DNA of 64,000 nt from Priapulus caudatus (lineage: Eukaryota). Every line of letters begins with the position of its first letter. Position 1 is the first letter of the stretch. Below, in pieces: positions 14,067-27,057 of the stretch. The stretch lies in the NCBI RefSeq assembly GCF_000485595.1, contig NW_014577080.1, forward strand, positions 264,970 through 328,969. Direction: 5' to 3'. The notes beneath the pieces were generated by a model. That model saw only the letters and a program-made list of their open reading frames with translations. It ran no database searches and was not told the origin of the DNA. The position numbers and the translations under genes were made by a program.

Positions 14067-17000
14067 TAGTCAGGAGGCTTATGCACATTTATCTGCAAAT
14101 TATGACAGACTTTTTTGGGTATCAAATCTGGGTTCATATGTTCCTCAACAAATACCCCTTTTAAGAATTTTTTTGAGGAGCCCAAAAATTTGATCCCGGG
14201 AAACTCCCCCCCCCCCCGCTATGGGCCCGGTAAGGGACCCAAAACTGTTATTTGCCATATCTTTGCCCTTCTTTGGTCGTTTTGAGCAAAGTTAGAGTCG
14301 ATTTTGGGGTTTTAAACATCAAGGAATCGATTGGGGGTGGTTTGGAACCTAAATTTGTCATAGGTCACGTGATATCGTTTTTTCGGGTTCACCTCGCGGG
14401 CCCGAAAATGGGTTTTCACATATCTCGGCTATTTTCTCAAAAAGTTAGAGTCAATTTTGGGGTTTTGAGGTCAAAGGATTTATTAGATACACATGATACA
14501 CTTTCAGACTCCTGGAAATTTGGGTTCACCTGGTAGTAGTACACGTAGTGAAAATCTGACTGACAGTCCGCAATCGTCGTCGGTCACTTGTTACATACAC
14601 AGCCTACCCTAACTGCATATCATCCTGTACATGCTTCAATTAGAGATTTGTGCACTTCCTGGTGAAAGTGCAGAAAGAAAGGCACATGACATTGTTCTTA
14701 GCGCATTTGCATAACTGGCACTTGAGTGTTCGGCAGCGACAAATGCCAGTCACGATCTCGAGGTTTGGTCTTGCTGCGTCCGTGGTCCATTGAATGTGGA
14801 GTTGGTTCTGATAGAGTTTCCATCCACACATTCAAGAGGAGGGCTGGGGATCTGAGTGAGAGTGTTACCCCACACCCATCCTGCCTGATAGGCGCTGCGA
14901 CGTACCGCCAGTCTGAAGGAATCCAATGAAGGTGGGAGGTCCCTTAACTCATCAGAACTTGAGGCCTGGAACATTGAGAACCGCATTTCATTTAGATCTT
15001 GGTACACAGCCCTCTTTGAGTATACATAGCACACAAAATCCACAAGTATCTTTTCTGTGCTGAGGATCACTTGTTCTGCTGGGCACCAGCTCAGTTGTTT
15101 AAATGCCTCTGTCAGTTCATCCCTCATCGAGCACTTATTCCATTGAGAAAACCACATCTTCTTGGTCAGCTTGTAGAAAGAGCAGGTAGAATCGGCGCCA
15201 GTGAAGCAGTGGAAGAATGGCAAGGCTAAGCAGACGTCCTCCCCTAGTGACTCATAACAAACATTGACATGAATGTTCTTCCTGTTCTTTCCAGAGTTAA
15301 AATCAACATGAAGCTCAAAGTCAGGGTCGATCTTGAGGAACTGGGGCATAAAGGCGAGAAGAATGACAATGACGTCCGAATCAACTGTCCGTACAGTCAA
15401 TCGCGATAAACCACATGCCAACATGTCAATTATATGGCACACCATCCTGTTGTCCGCCTCTTCTAGGGTTTCCATCTTTGGCATGTATATAGTCTTTTCA
15501 CCAGCATTCGTTAGAACATTTCCAAGACCATTAGTGACACAGAAATCTTTCTTCCAGGACCAGGAGGATGGGTTACCACAGCTTTCCGCAATTAGTGCAT
15601 TAAGTCTGGTCTTGTTCTGATCATCTGTGAGAAAGGATTTAGACATATCCTTCGGGACAGTGCTATCACCAGTAAAGTTAACTTGCTGTCCTGAACCTTT
15701 GGACTTCCTTTCCGAGCGGGTGGGGCTCTTGATGCTTAACGGGTTATACTGGTCTGCTACAATATCGATTCGAGACGTGCCCAGGCTTGTGGCAGTGTTC
15801 TCAATGCTTTGCAGGACCCTGGAGACAAATTTATTGAAGGTTGACCCCTCTGGAAGGACTGCAGCCTGCGCTCGGATGATCACTGAAAGGTCAGCAACGA
15901 GACCTTTGACATTTGTTGGACTTGGTGTAACCGCGTTTTCGGTGATGTCAGCCAAAATCTGTGACTTTGAACTGTGATAAGGGGATCTATCCTTTTTGAC
16001 GAAGCACTAAGGTAATCCGGTTATCTCCCCCTCGAAAAGTTTCTTTGTCTCCGATTAACGGTTCTTGCAAGCATCTCTCAATTTGTTAAACAGTTGCTGG
16101 GTGACCTTGATGCGAGGGTTCTCTTGGAAGCTTCAGCATGTTTTTTGTTACCTTTGATTTGATAACATCTTCACTTCCATAGACGAATCTAGTGCGACGA
16201 AACTCGTCGTACTGTTGCACTCCAATTGTGAAGCACCCTTTCCTGCATCATCAACAAATGTTCTCTGGGAAAGATATATGAGTGAATTCCAGTCTTCAAT
16301 AACAATTCTTAAGGTAAATAGATTTGATAAGAATTTTACTGTGAACTTTTTCGACATTCTGATTATGGAACTTGCGGATTAAATGGAAAAGGGGTGAATC
16401 GCCTTGTGAACCCTGAGCTATATGTAGGCGCCTCTATTGCAGACAAATATTGGTGCATTTCTGGCAGGCAGAGTCACGCTATACAAGATATTCTTTGTCC
16501 CGCGATTTACGAGATCAATGTACCTTCAGCCGTTGATTTTGATTTTCTTGTGTTGTGTGTCTATGCTGGTCGGCAGCGGCCATCTTAAGAGAAATGCATT
16601 TCCTCTTGTGTTGACAACAAAATAATCCCGGACCTAAATCTCCTGTGCAGTGTGGGACCTTGATTGGAAGAGTCTTGAGAATCGTTATATGAACACAGAG
16701 ACCCAGCGAGCATAATGTGTATGGTCTAGCGAAAAAAAAATAAGGGTGCAATCGAGTCGCGTGCAACAATTACAAGTTGTTAGTTAGCTTCATCTGAAGC
16801 CCACACAATCATGAGGACCACCTTGAATGTAGTGCAGCACAATTTGTGATATCGCAGTAGCTTGAACAATTAGGGTTGCCTTGTGACTCGTGACCACTCT
16901 GAAATTGTGATGTCCTCATATGTTTCGAAAACAGCTTCATACGCGTCTGCATGGACCGGCGCCAAGACCTACAGCTAACACTTGCAAGACGGTGTAACGC

Positions 17001-18341
17001 GACTTTCTTGAATGTGTTGAAATATCACATATGCCGTAGTAAGCCTCACAGGTGTCAAGTCGAGGCCGGGGTGACGATACTCCCCATCCCTGTCCCCTTT
17101 GAGGAGCTGGCCATGCAGACCAGCGGCAGCCTGTTCAATGTGCAGGCCAGCCCATTAAATCGTCAAAGTGAGAATCACCAAAAGGCTTGCAGGACATGAA
17201 CGCTGAATAGTCTTCTTTTAGCGCATACAATGGCTGATCTGAACATCGCGATCTTGCGACCTGACCCGGATTTAAGGTACTGTGTGTATCCACAGCCATC
17301 TTCGATGAGGTGATATTGCAGATACTCAACATGTGTTACTTTTGGTCATAGATGACGGGCATTAGGGGACATTTTATTGTGTACAATGTATTTGGATTGT
17401 TCCTTCGAGACAGACTTGCATGTATAACTGTTACTCCAAGCCGGTGAGGCCAACTGAATGATTACCTCCTTCATCATTTTCGACTAATGATCGCCAACCA
17501 ATACGAACTCTTCTCCCAGTCATCTCTTGAAAAGCTCGCTTACTATCGAATCCTCATAGGCATCAGGCAAGTTACATCAGATTTGGATTATGGACATGAA
17601 CAATTTCTTTGGGAATTTAAAGCAGGTGGAAACATTGAATTAAAAAGTACAAGTCGCAGGGCAACGTCTTGTTAACTCTCTCTCTCCTCGCCTCAGATTC
17701 TAGCACGTTAGTATATATATAAGACAGTGGTGAAACCAACACAGGAAAGAAAGTGGAGCTGGGAGCCATAAATAAGATAAAGTAATAAATATATTATAAT
17801 AATAATAAATAATATAATATATATAATAATATAATAAAATAAATAAATAAATATGCTAGCAGGAAATCCCGGCGTTGCGCGGAAATAAAACACTCAGAGT
17901 GTGAATGACCACTTGGTTGAAAGAAAAATGCAAAAAATATATGACAAATTTAGGTTCCAAACCACGCCCAATCGATTCTCAATGTTTAAAACCACAAAAT
18001 CGACTAACTTTGCTCAAATCGACCACAAGAAAGGCAAAGATACGGCAAATTAACAGTTTCGGTTCCTTACGGGCCCATAGGGGGGAGGGGGGGGGAGTTT
18101 CCCGGGATCAAATTTTTGGGCTCCTCAAAAAAATTCTTAAAAGGGGTATTTGTTGAGGACCATATGAACCCAGATTTGATACTCAAAAAAGTCTGTCATA
18201 ATTTTGCAGATAAATGTGCATAACCTCCTGACTCATCAAAAAATTCATGTTTAGGAAAATATGAACCCAGATTTGACCCTTAAAAATGTCTTTCATAATT
18301 TGCAGATTTGGGCTCTGATACGTGCATAAGCCTCCAGACTA
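14067..18341 (-). mobile_element. AcademX-type DNA transposon, 5'-deleted and non-autonomous
   Basis: Left end TGA|TAGTCAGGAGGCTTATGCAC and right end GCATAAGCCTCCAGACTA|TGA give TAG/CTA termini and a 3-bp TSD. Imperfect TIRs of about 300 bp (14067-14363 vs ~17940-18341). The internal coding order is transposase, XPG-like nuclease, Cys cluster, as described for AcademX. Confidence 0.8.
14640..17690 (-). pseudogene. Academ transposase / XPG-like (FEN1-type) nuclease / Cys-rich finger pseudogene
   Basis: ORF 14750-15955 has EEADNRM, TVDSDV and FHCFTGADSTCSF (PIN/H3TH-like acidic motifs). A frameshift near 14825 leads into GW...CRCRTLKCQLCKCAKNNVMCLSFC. There is an in-frame TAG near 16008. 16200-17690 is an indel-riddled version of 108-1570. 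Confidence 0.75.
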
Positions 18342-19059
18342 TGAAGGGCTGCGTGGCAACATATATTTGTTAACGTTTGGTTAAATTTGTAACATATTGT
18401 CGTAATAGGTTATTGCGCTATGACCATTTGCGTTATTATTTACTATGTATACAACATTCTACAGGATTTCCTATTTGCTTTAGGTCATTGCCTGCACATT
18501 TCGTCGGCGCATGCTTTGTTAGTGTTCCTCCCATATTCGACACGCCAGACTAAATTAATGTGCAATAACGTCTGTACACGAAAAGCGCTAGCGCACAGAG
18601 TAGCTCCGTGAGATGCACTTTATGCGAGCTACTTAGTACTATTTTTTACTCCTTTTTACACGCTGTACCTTTATTATTACCTTTATTATTATTTATTTAT
18701 AATTTACCTTTATATTTATTATACTGTAATTAGTTTTAAACTCGTTTTATTAAAGATTCTTTGTTAATAAGTACCACAAGTGATCAGTCGGGGAATTTTA
18801 ATAATTAAATCGTCTTTCTTTGACACCCCCCTAAAAAAGGAAGTATAATGCTCTAATAATTAAACGGTATCCGGTATATGAATGTAACAAGTGGATTTCT
18901 GTGCATTTATTTTTGTAAAAAATTGCAGTTTTATTGAACTAGCTTGGTTTAAATCGTATTGGAAGTTTACCAGTAACAATGTCACAAAGGAAATGGAAGC
19001 AGAGGAATACAGAAACTGCTCATGATAAATCACACGGATAATGGCATTTAAATTTTTAC

Positions 19060-19175
19060 CACTCATGGTAAATATTCGGTAATTCTCGTTTCTCTTCTTC
19101 GTGAAAAGTGTTGATGTACAGCTAGGTGCTAATGAATAGACGAGCAGAATCATACACGCACATCGATTTGCGCAT
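19060..19175 (-). CDS. Putative signal-peptide first exon of gene A (noisy copy)
   Basis: Indel-degraded duplicate of 2823-2938. Lies upstream of the Academ element and of the VWA-like exons at 5.9-12 kb. Confidence 0.4.
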
Positions 19176-21299
19176 ACAGCGAATTGCAAGTGTTTTCGCG
19201 CAGTCAACCTAGATGGTGCCACCGGTGCGAGCAAGCAACGGCTCAGCACAGAGCTAGTTCGGTCTGGCAGGACTAACTAGCAGTCGAGTATAAAGTTATT
19301 ACGCCGTGACATGGTCCAGCAGTCTCGCTCAATACGATAGTGGCAACATGCGCTTACCGATGCGGATTGCCGCGTACTTAATACTACTTATGTGTATCAT
19401 CTCATGGAGTCGTGCAGTCGAATGCAGCGAAATTGAGTTTACATTGTAATACCTGTCTGTTCGGAGAGCGGGTTTGATAGGAAATGGTCATCGACCGAAA
19501 TAATTGACCGAGTGGTGCATTAACTTTTGTGACGATCATCACTTTTCGATACTTATTGGCGAGGATGCAGTGGTTTGATCTTATCGGCTTGACAATAATT
19601 TTGTTCCCCAAAATGCTCGTTCGCATATGAGTTGAAAGTCGAACGGAGCTCTCTGTGAAACGTCACTGTGTGATTCCATTCCTACACTACTAGGAAGAGT
19701 GCGGCTGTTTTATGGAAACGCGTGTTGCAATCCACCGCAACGAAACTTTCACGTATATGCGATTAAGTGTTTCAAGTGATCGTAGGCCTACCTACTTATA
19801 TAAGGGTGTTACTACGGATAAACATTCTTGTATAAAGCACGCAGAATTCGGCGGATTTGCATGTGCAGCACTTTGTGGTCGAAAGATATCCCGTTGTTAC
19901 GTACCTAGCTGTTTATTGACAACTTCAGAGAGGCGGTCTACAGAAACCTGTAGGAACCTCTTCATGTAACCGGTACTGATCACCGGTCCTGAACAGCATA
20001 CCTGCTGCTGATACCTGATACTGATACAAGTTGTTTTATTATTCACGCGAATTGCTTACGTGTAAATTGTGCGATCAGAAAAACGTGTACCTTTGTGTGC
20101 GTGAAGTTAGATGCAAGTACAATGGTCATGAGATTCAGGAAGTATGTTTCTAAATGACAGCTATAAGCTCACCCACCAGGAGGTTTGGTTAAAAGAGAAG
20201 ACATCTGTCGAAAGTGCTCGTTAGAGAGATGTGGAAACATACATATTACTATTCTTATTGAACTACAGCGTTTACACCTGGAGAAGAAGATCCTTTTTAC
20301 GGCATATCTAATTTACATCTGCACGAAATACAGGTCTTCCAACTACAGATTGTTACATGCACGTATGCGAGAGTTGTGTAGCGTCCAAGGATATGAGACG
20401 TATGAATGAGAAATAGGTAAGTGTTCGACTGCATACTAGCATTGCGCGTTTTACGATGCAGTGTAGATACAATAATGTAACTCAACCCTACTCTTGTTGG
20501 GTTACAGCCAACACAGGATTGTATCTAGATGCAGTGAATGGTGATCTTGTTCAGTCGTATATCCCAAAAAGTATTCTTGCATTTAGTTGGTTCTAGTTGT
20601 GCCAGATCGTAATGAACGCTTATATATATGTAATAGCAAAACGGTGTGAAATGCAAACTATAAACGCGCTGAAATACATTTTTACAAGCATACGCGGAGT
20701 ATTGAACGATGGACGCGTTTTATTAAACGCATCTTTCTAATTACAGACCCTGCAGTATAATGTTAGAGGAATAAATTAAAGCTGGCTAGTTTAAATTTGA
20801 GCACAGTTGTATACGCATAATGAACGCTTTCATGCATATTGAGCTATCAGCCATTTCCCTAAGGTGAAATATCCAAAATGACAATTAAAGAGAGTCGTTC
20901 GCAATGGTAAGCCACAAAAGCTTTAGTTAAAAAAAGTAAAAGAAGATGTTATCTTGCGTGGGTAATGTGACGTAATAAAAAATATCGCTTATTGGTGATT
21001 ATGCTCTCTAAAAGCGTGCATGACAATGTTTAGATTCTATCATTAAGGATAATAAGGAATAATTAAGTACAAACTATCTAGCATAACGATCTAGCAACTA
21101 AGTTTTCTTACTACAGTGTAAACAATTTTCGCAATGCTGTTTCGACCTCTTTAATTACTATTGATGGACGTTTAAAATGTGGCGCTTTAATTTTACTAAA
21201 ACTCCTTGCTCTGGGATGCGAGACAATATTAATTTCTCTGGCTACAGACAGTTGTTGATTGCTATCCATAAGTGGTAGTCATGTGGGCTGCTCCCCGGG

Positions 21300-21620
21300 C
21301 AAAGCTGGTGCCAACGCTCATTGTCTGGGAACTAAAATCATGTTGAAAACAGATTTCTATTTGACAGCTGTACGGCCGCGTCCGCAAATTCGTAATGGTA
21401 GGATAGAACTCTTGAGTTTCTGCACGTTGCACAATGGAAGTAAATGTTGTTTGTATGATTTCATTGAGTCAGTTGACAGTGATGGGTGGTAAAGTGGCTG
21501 CGCGAGATACAATTTCTCATTTCGCCAGCGGGTTAGCGCCCATTTATCTGCACCGAGCAGGCCATGCAGCTTCTGAGTGTGAATTTCGAGCGTGCTCATG
21601 CAGTTGCTGTTTGCAAGAGG
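21300..21620 (-). CDS. Possible C-type-lectin-like exon(s) (duplicate at ~5160-5430)
   Basis: The cleaner copy gives EKWYLAQHL and YHYEFWTSAYRL in different frames, reminiscent of the CTLD helix-2 and 'FWTS/WIG' strand. Weak and frameshifted. Confidence 0.25.
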
Positions 21621-22898
21621 GAGCTGTATCTCAATGTAAACGGTGGTCAGCTTTGATGTTCAGTCGGGTGAAAGAGCGACACATGGGTGATCACAAGTAA
21701 GGCGTAAGGTTCCATTTACTTAAAACGTTCAATTGCGAAAGTAACGCGTATTTAGCTTTGAAGTAATATATATATATATATATATATATATATTCGCTTG
21801 TCACAGAGAAAACTCATAGGGATACTAAAGACCCTCGCATAAAATGCGTGTCAAAAAGATGTTAGTTCGTGCGATTTGCGAATTCTACTAATTACCAAAT
21901 GTTCGTAGTGGCGATATTTGCACGTATGTTTTTGCCGTTTTGATATGAGAGATGCAACAATTATGCGTCTGTTTTGAACTGCTACCTCGTGAATGTTGTG
22001 AGAGGTCGTTGTGAGAATGCAAGCGAGCTCTTCTTTCAGGCATATTGTGGTGCTATTTCGAGAGTGCTGCAATTTCAGATACTCAGTAATTAAATAAGTA
22101 CTGTTTGAAATGTGTGATTGTTGAATTGTAATATGGGCGTGTGTGTCCATTTGCAATCGGAATTCGCCGAGTTGGTGCGGTGTAGTCATGTGAATGACAC
22201 GCCTCTTTCCGCATAGCGTCTTCTCCGACTAGTAATCACCCTGTCACTTTTAATTTGCGAAGCGTTTACATCAATTTGTCAAAGGAAACGAGACATTCTT
22301 CTACGGGCATGATTGTCCGTGAGCCCGTGGCGCCCCCACCTTCGCGATGCGTGCGTACCGCGGAAGACTCATTCTCACGCAACAGCTGTCTCTTACACGT
22401 TTTATGGGAAGGGTGACTGCTTTATCGGTGGACAATGATCTATTTGTTGCGCAGCATTGCGGAGGCGGGTCAGCTACCCGCGTTTATGTGTATCTACGCG
22501 CAGTAAAGAAGCTCTCGTTTCGATGATTATGCTAAAGATTATACTAAGGTTATGCACCGTGCCTCCACACCCCGAGTATTCTTAGTACACATAAGAGGGC
22601 CGAGAACAATGCACATATATACTTCTTCTGAGTAGTCCAAGTTCAAATTCACATAGATATANNNNNNNNNNNNNNNNNNNNNNNNNNNNNNNNNNNNNNN
22701 NNNNNNNNNNNNNNNNNNNNNNNNNNNNNNNNNNNNNNNNNNNNNNNNNNNNNNNNNNNNNNNNNNNNNNNNNNNNNNNNNNNNNNNNNNNNNNNNNNNN
22801 NNNNNNNNNNNNNNNNNNNNNNNNNNNNNNNNNNNNNNNNNNNNNNNNNNNNNNNNNNNNNNNNNNNNNNNNNNNNNNNNNNNNNNNNNNNNNNNNNN

Positions 22899-23044
22899 GG
22901 GTGTTGCTGTTGCCGGTGTTGCTGTTGCGGGTGTTGCTGCTGCCGGTGTTGCTGTTGCGGGTGTTGCTGTTGCCGGTGTTGCTGTTGCGGGTGTTGCTGC
23001 TGCCGGTGTTGCTGTTGCGGGTGTTACTACTGCCTGTGTTGCTG
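22899..23044. repeat. 15-bp coding minisatellite (GTGTTGCTGYTGCSG)n
   Basis: About 10 visible units alternating ...GCCG / ...GCGG. Truncated by the gap 22662-22898. Confidence 0.95.
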
Positions 23045-23183
23045 AATGCTTGTCCAAGGTAGCCAGCCACATCTCCGTAGTTCTCGCCATACGTGAAGTG
23101 ATCTCTAAAGGGCTCGGAGGCAATGCAACGCATCTCGCTCATCCTCACGTCCCCAACGCCGATCACGTATATCTCCACGCCAT
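22899..23183 (-). CDS. Exon encoding a VWA-domain C-terminus plus an Asn/Ser/Thr repeat linker (gene B)
   Basis: Acceptor TTTGTTGTAG, then a clean frame GVEIYVIGVGDVRMSEMRCIASEPFRDHFTYGENYGDVAGYL matching VWA 'G(I/V).I(F/Y).IGVG....EL..IAS.P...H.F'. It continues into (NTGSSNTRNS)-like repeats and runs into an N gap. Confidence 0.8.
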
Positions 23184-26100
23184 CTACAACAAATTTTAGT
23201 AAAAGTTATTCATTTATTTATTTATTTATATTTATATGTCTATCTTCAAAGAGCAGTTTCGTGCAAAGAGGCATTTTTACGTTCTACGCCACTCCTCGTA
23301 TATTCGTTACCAGTGTATAGGTAAATAATTGCACCTTCCTCATATTGAAGTGGTTCTGCATGCATATATGTATATTCACTTATGAAAGATTAAAGTAACG
23401 CCTCAAAGGTACCGGGAGTGGCGCACTGTCGTCGCGTGCGTTGTTGATGGAGATGCTAGTAGTATGCATTATTAACACCGATCGGCGGCTTCAAAGTAGT
23501 TTCCCGCTGCTATCGGTCGCCACCACGTGTCTGTTGGCTGAGTACGGCGGTGGCGTACCGACTGTTACGGCAACCTGCTCACGGAGCTAGCTAGGTTTTG
23601 TGTGCATGGTAACGAGGTACGGGCTTCGTCGAAGAACCGACGTTGTTTAAGCGATTAGACCCGAGAGAGCTAGTTACGGGGGGCTTCTACGCTTAGACCG
23701 TCACGTTGTTTCTTATAGGAGAATCTTGTATTTATAGGAGTTTCTTGTATAAGGAGATTAGGAGAATCTCGAGATCGTGTGCATGCGATGGCAGAATCGG
23801 GACAGATGGAGCGGGCCACCACCTCGCACCGGGCCATGCATCACTGTGGTTATTCCGTCAGTGTTCGATTGCGCGCGCACGCACCAGCAGCAGCACCAGC
23901 ACTGCACTGCCTGATCAATGTGATCGGGAGGGTTCTGTATGCTTTCCACTTAGTAGTCTCCACATCCGAATTGCGGAGGAGTATTTGATGGAGAGTAGTT
24001 GGATTTATATGGGAAGCCATTGACAGGGATAAAGGGATAAGTTGCTATGCAGACCTCCGTGCTTTGTCGCGTTACACTCCATAAATAGTGTTGGACATGG
24101 ATGAGCATTAATGAAAGAAATTACGTTTAATGTACGATAAACTGACCAGACTCAGACGCTGCTCTGTGTTTACTTGCCGCCGATATACGAACCAATACAA
24201 TACTTGGCCAAGAGCGCTCACGCAACGTCGCATTAAATTGCACGTTTTGTGCTATATATCGCGGTAGAAAAACTGGTTACATTTTTCTAGCCTCGAGCTG
24301 TAAACTGTAAAAGTGAAAAAAAGCTCGTCAGTGTTTGTTCTTCTGCCGTATAAGCGACCGTCTTAACGAACTCGTAAGTCTTCGTTCACGGTATAGTTGC
24401 CACAACCGATGGGGCAGTGTGGGAGGGAGAGGCCATGCAGTGCATGGGTGAAACAACGCAGAATCAATTTTCATCGCCGTAAATGTGAGGAATCTGAAAG
24501 GGGCAGAATAATGACAGCAATAATGTTTACGTTCAGTTCTACGTGTGAAGTCCAGCAAGGTGCCCGCGAAAAATCTGTATTAGCTTGAGTTTGAGACTGT
24601 GGAGATTTCACTCGGGTTGATGCAATTTATTAGCACCCATAAAACATTCTTTGGTGCGAAAAAAACGGTGCTTTGTCGAAATGTAATGGAATCAGGAATC
24701 TAATAATGGAGGGAAAATAAATAAAGGGAGAGGCTCGTGGGAGTGAACGCTGAGATTAATAGCAAGAGGAACCTTCATACGATTCTAGTCAGAATGTCGA
24801 TAAATTTTAAAGCCGTTGGCAGATTGTGCTTGTCTATAGTGTCTATCGAAAAACACATTGTTACAGCAACATGGTGTTTTGATTGGCTTAAATGTCATTT
24901 CGGTGGGAATTGATTTCGAGGTGATATATGTCTTTCCATTAGGTTGTCAGCCACTTTTTGAAGCATTCGCTCTTCCCAATTTGTTTGCACAGAGTACACA
25001 AAGGGACTCGGCAGTAAGAAATGGGCCACGCCAAGAGAGGTGGCAGAGAACACGATCACCATAAATTTCGCAGTTCTCTCGCCGCGGATACCTGCTGGTT
25101 AAATGGCTCTTAGATCGTCTGTTATGCGTAACAGAACGTGTAGAAGTGTATTCGCGCAGTCATCACCTCGAACTGCCTGGGGGTGATCTCTTCAGTGCTA
25201 CTGTCGACGTCTACAAAGGCATTTGTTTCCGATTGAAAAGCTCATTGCGAAGTACCGCGTGGGAAACTCGACCTAGGGTTAGGGCTGTTCCTCCGAGCTA
25301 TAGCCGTAGCGAGGTAGCTAGTGCATGAGCTGCGTGCCTGCTAGTGTCTGTTAGTAAATGGATGATGCGCGTTCTATAATTAATTATCAATTAGGCAGCG
25401 AATGGTAAGTTGACACGCATGTCAAATCCCTGGTATAGCAAACTCGAGTACTTTTCCTTGCAAGCTGCTCACTGCAAGTCGTTACTTCTGCCAGTATGTA
25501 TTATTCAGGCAATAGAGAGCAGAGATTCGCCACTGAGATTTTTGTCTGTTTGCTGTTTAGGTTAATGCGTATCGTTTGTCACGATTCAAGGAGCACACGT
25601 GTATATGCGTAGAATAGTTACCAACATCATAATCAGTGTCCGTGCATTATCCATGTTAAAGCTATGAATGACAATTTTGTGTGTTATGCTCTACAATGCA
25701 CGGACTCATCTCGACAGTTGTTCCAGTAAGGGGTTAAATGCAAAATGCTAGCATGCTTGCACGAATGGCATTGTGTCAAATTCAGTGCAAGTAGCCATTC
25801 AAGTTCTTCGTGCCCCGCAAAGGTAAATGTCCCCAGCACACCTGAGTATATATGCTTTAGCATTTCTACTTCTACTATCTGTTTGTAGTAACAATTCTCT
25901 TTTAAACCTGTTGTGACAATGGTAACCTTAGTTTAGGGATGGGATTTAGTTAAACCGGTGGTCGGAATTTTCGTGACTCTGACTGCTGACCGGACCAGCG
26001 GTTATTTCTCTTGTGTCTATTGATGACCGCGGGCCACCCAAACAAGTCTGTAATTCCTCTTTGATGCATATTTACAGCAGCAACAGATTAAAGCCGCGGC

Positions 26101-26992
26101 AAACCTTCGGTAAACAGAGAAGACATCGAAGAAATAGCAACAAATAGCAACAAAAGTAGGTAAATAGAACAGCCCTGGTGGCCACTGCTCGTATCTTCTA
26201 CAACTGACATGGTTCGTTGTTATGCCAGTAGGTTCTAGGTTACTACTATTAGCCTTCAAGCAAAACCATCTTGCGACCTCAGGGAACTGCATTCTGAAAG
26301 TCCTGTGGTCCGCTAAACGTGTCACTTGCTAAATTACTGGGCGGTGATAATTGTCTTGGAATAGGCACCCGCTAATCACGCATTTGCAACATAAATAACA
26401 CTCTGGTCAAAAAACTGATTTCCCCAACTAGCCCCAGCGTTTCGTACAAAGAATTCTTTTAGAAACAAGAAAAATAGTGGCTAAAGTAAATATACCGTGT
26501 GTGTTATCTTACTGCTACTTGCTTGGCTTTGCTCATCGCGCTCCACAAAGCGCACACTGTCCTGTAGGGCGGGTCACTGTGCAATTTGCATTTTGCGAAA
26601 GCCTTTAACTACTCAGACTGATGGAAACACAAACACAGCTCTCCGTCTGATTTGTTGGGCTACGAGACAGACGCCCCATTTGCCTAACCAAGTAAGTCGC
26701 AGAAATATTTGCGGTCACTTCCAAGAGCCGCGATGAAAAGATCAATGTTCGTGTCACTTTCTGCGTGCAGTTTCTCTGGTACCCTGGGCACGGTAGCCCC
26801 CCCCCCTTTGTGACTCACGGACAGAGCGAGAAATCGAGTTACTGCATGTGTACTTTAGTAGAGCTGTCTCAGGAATGTCCGGACCGCCTGTTCTCGATCA
26901 CACATTCATGCATCGCCGCTCTGTCGTAAGCCTTTACGGATACATGACTCTCGTATAAGGATGATATTATGTGGCGATATTAGAGGCTACAA

Positions 26993-27003
26993 CTATCTAT
27001 CTA

Positions 27004-27057
<54 letters not shown>

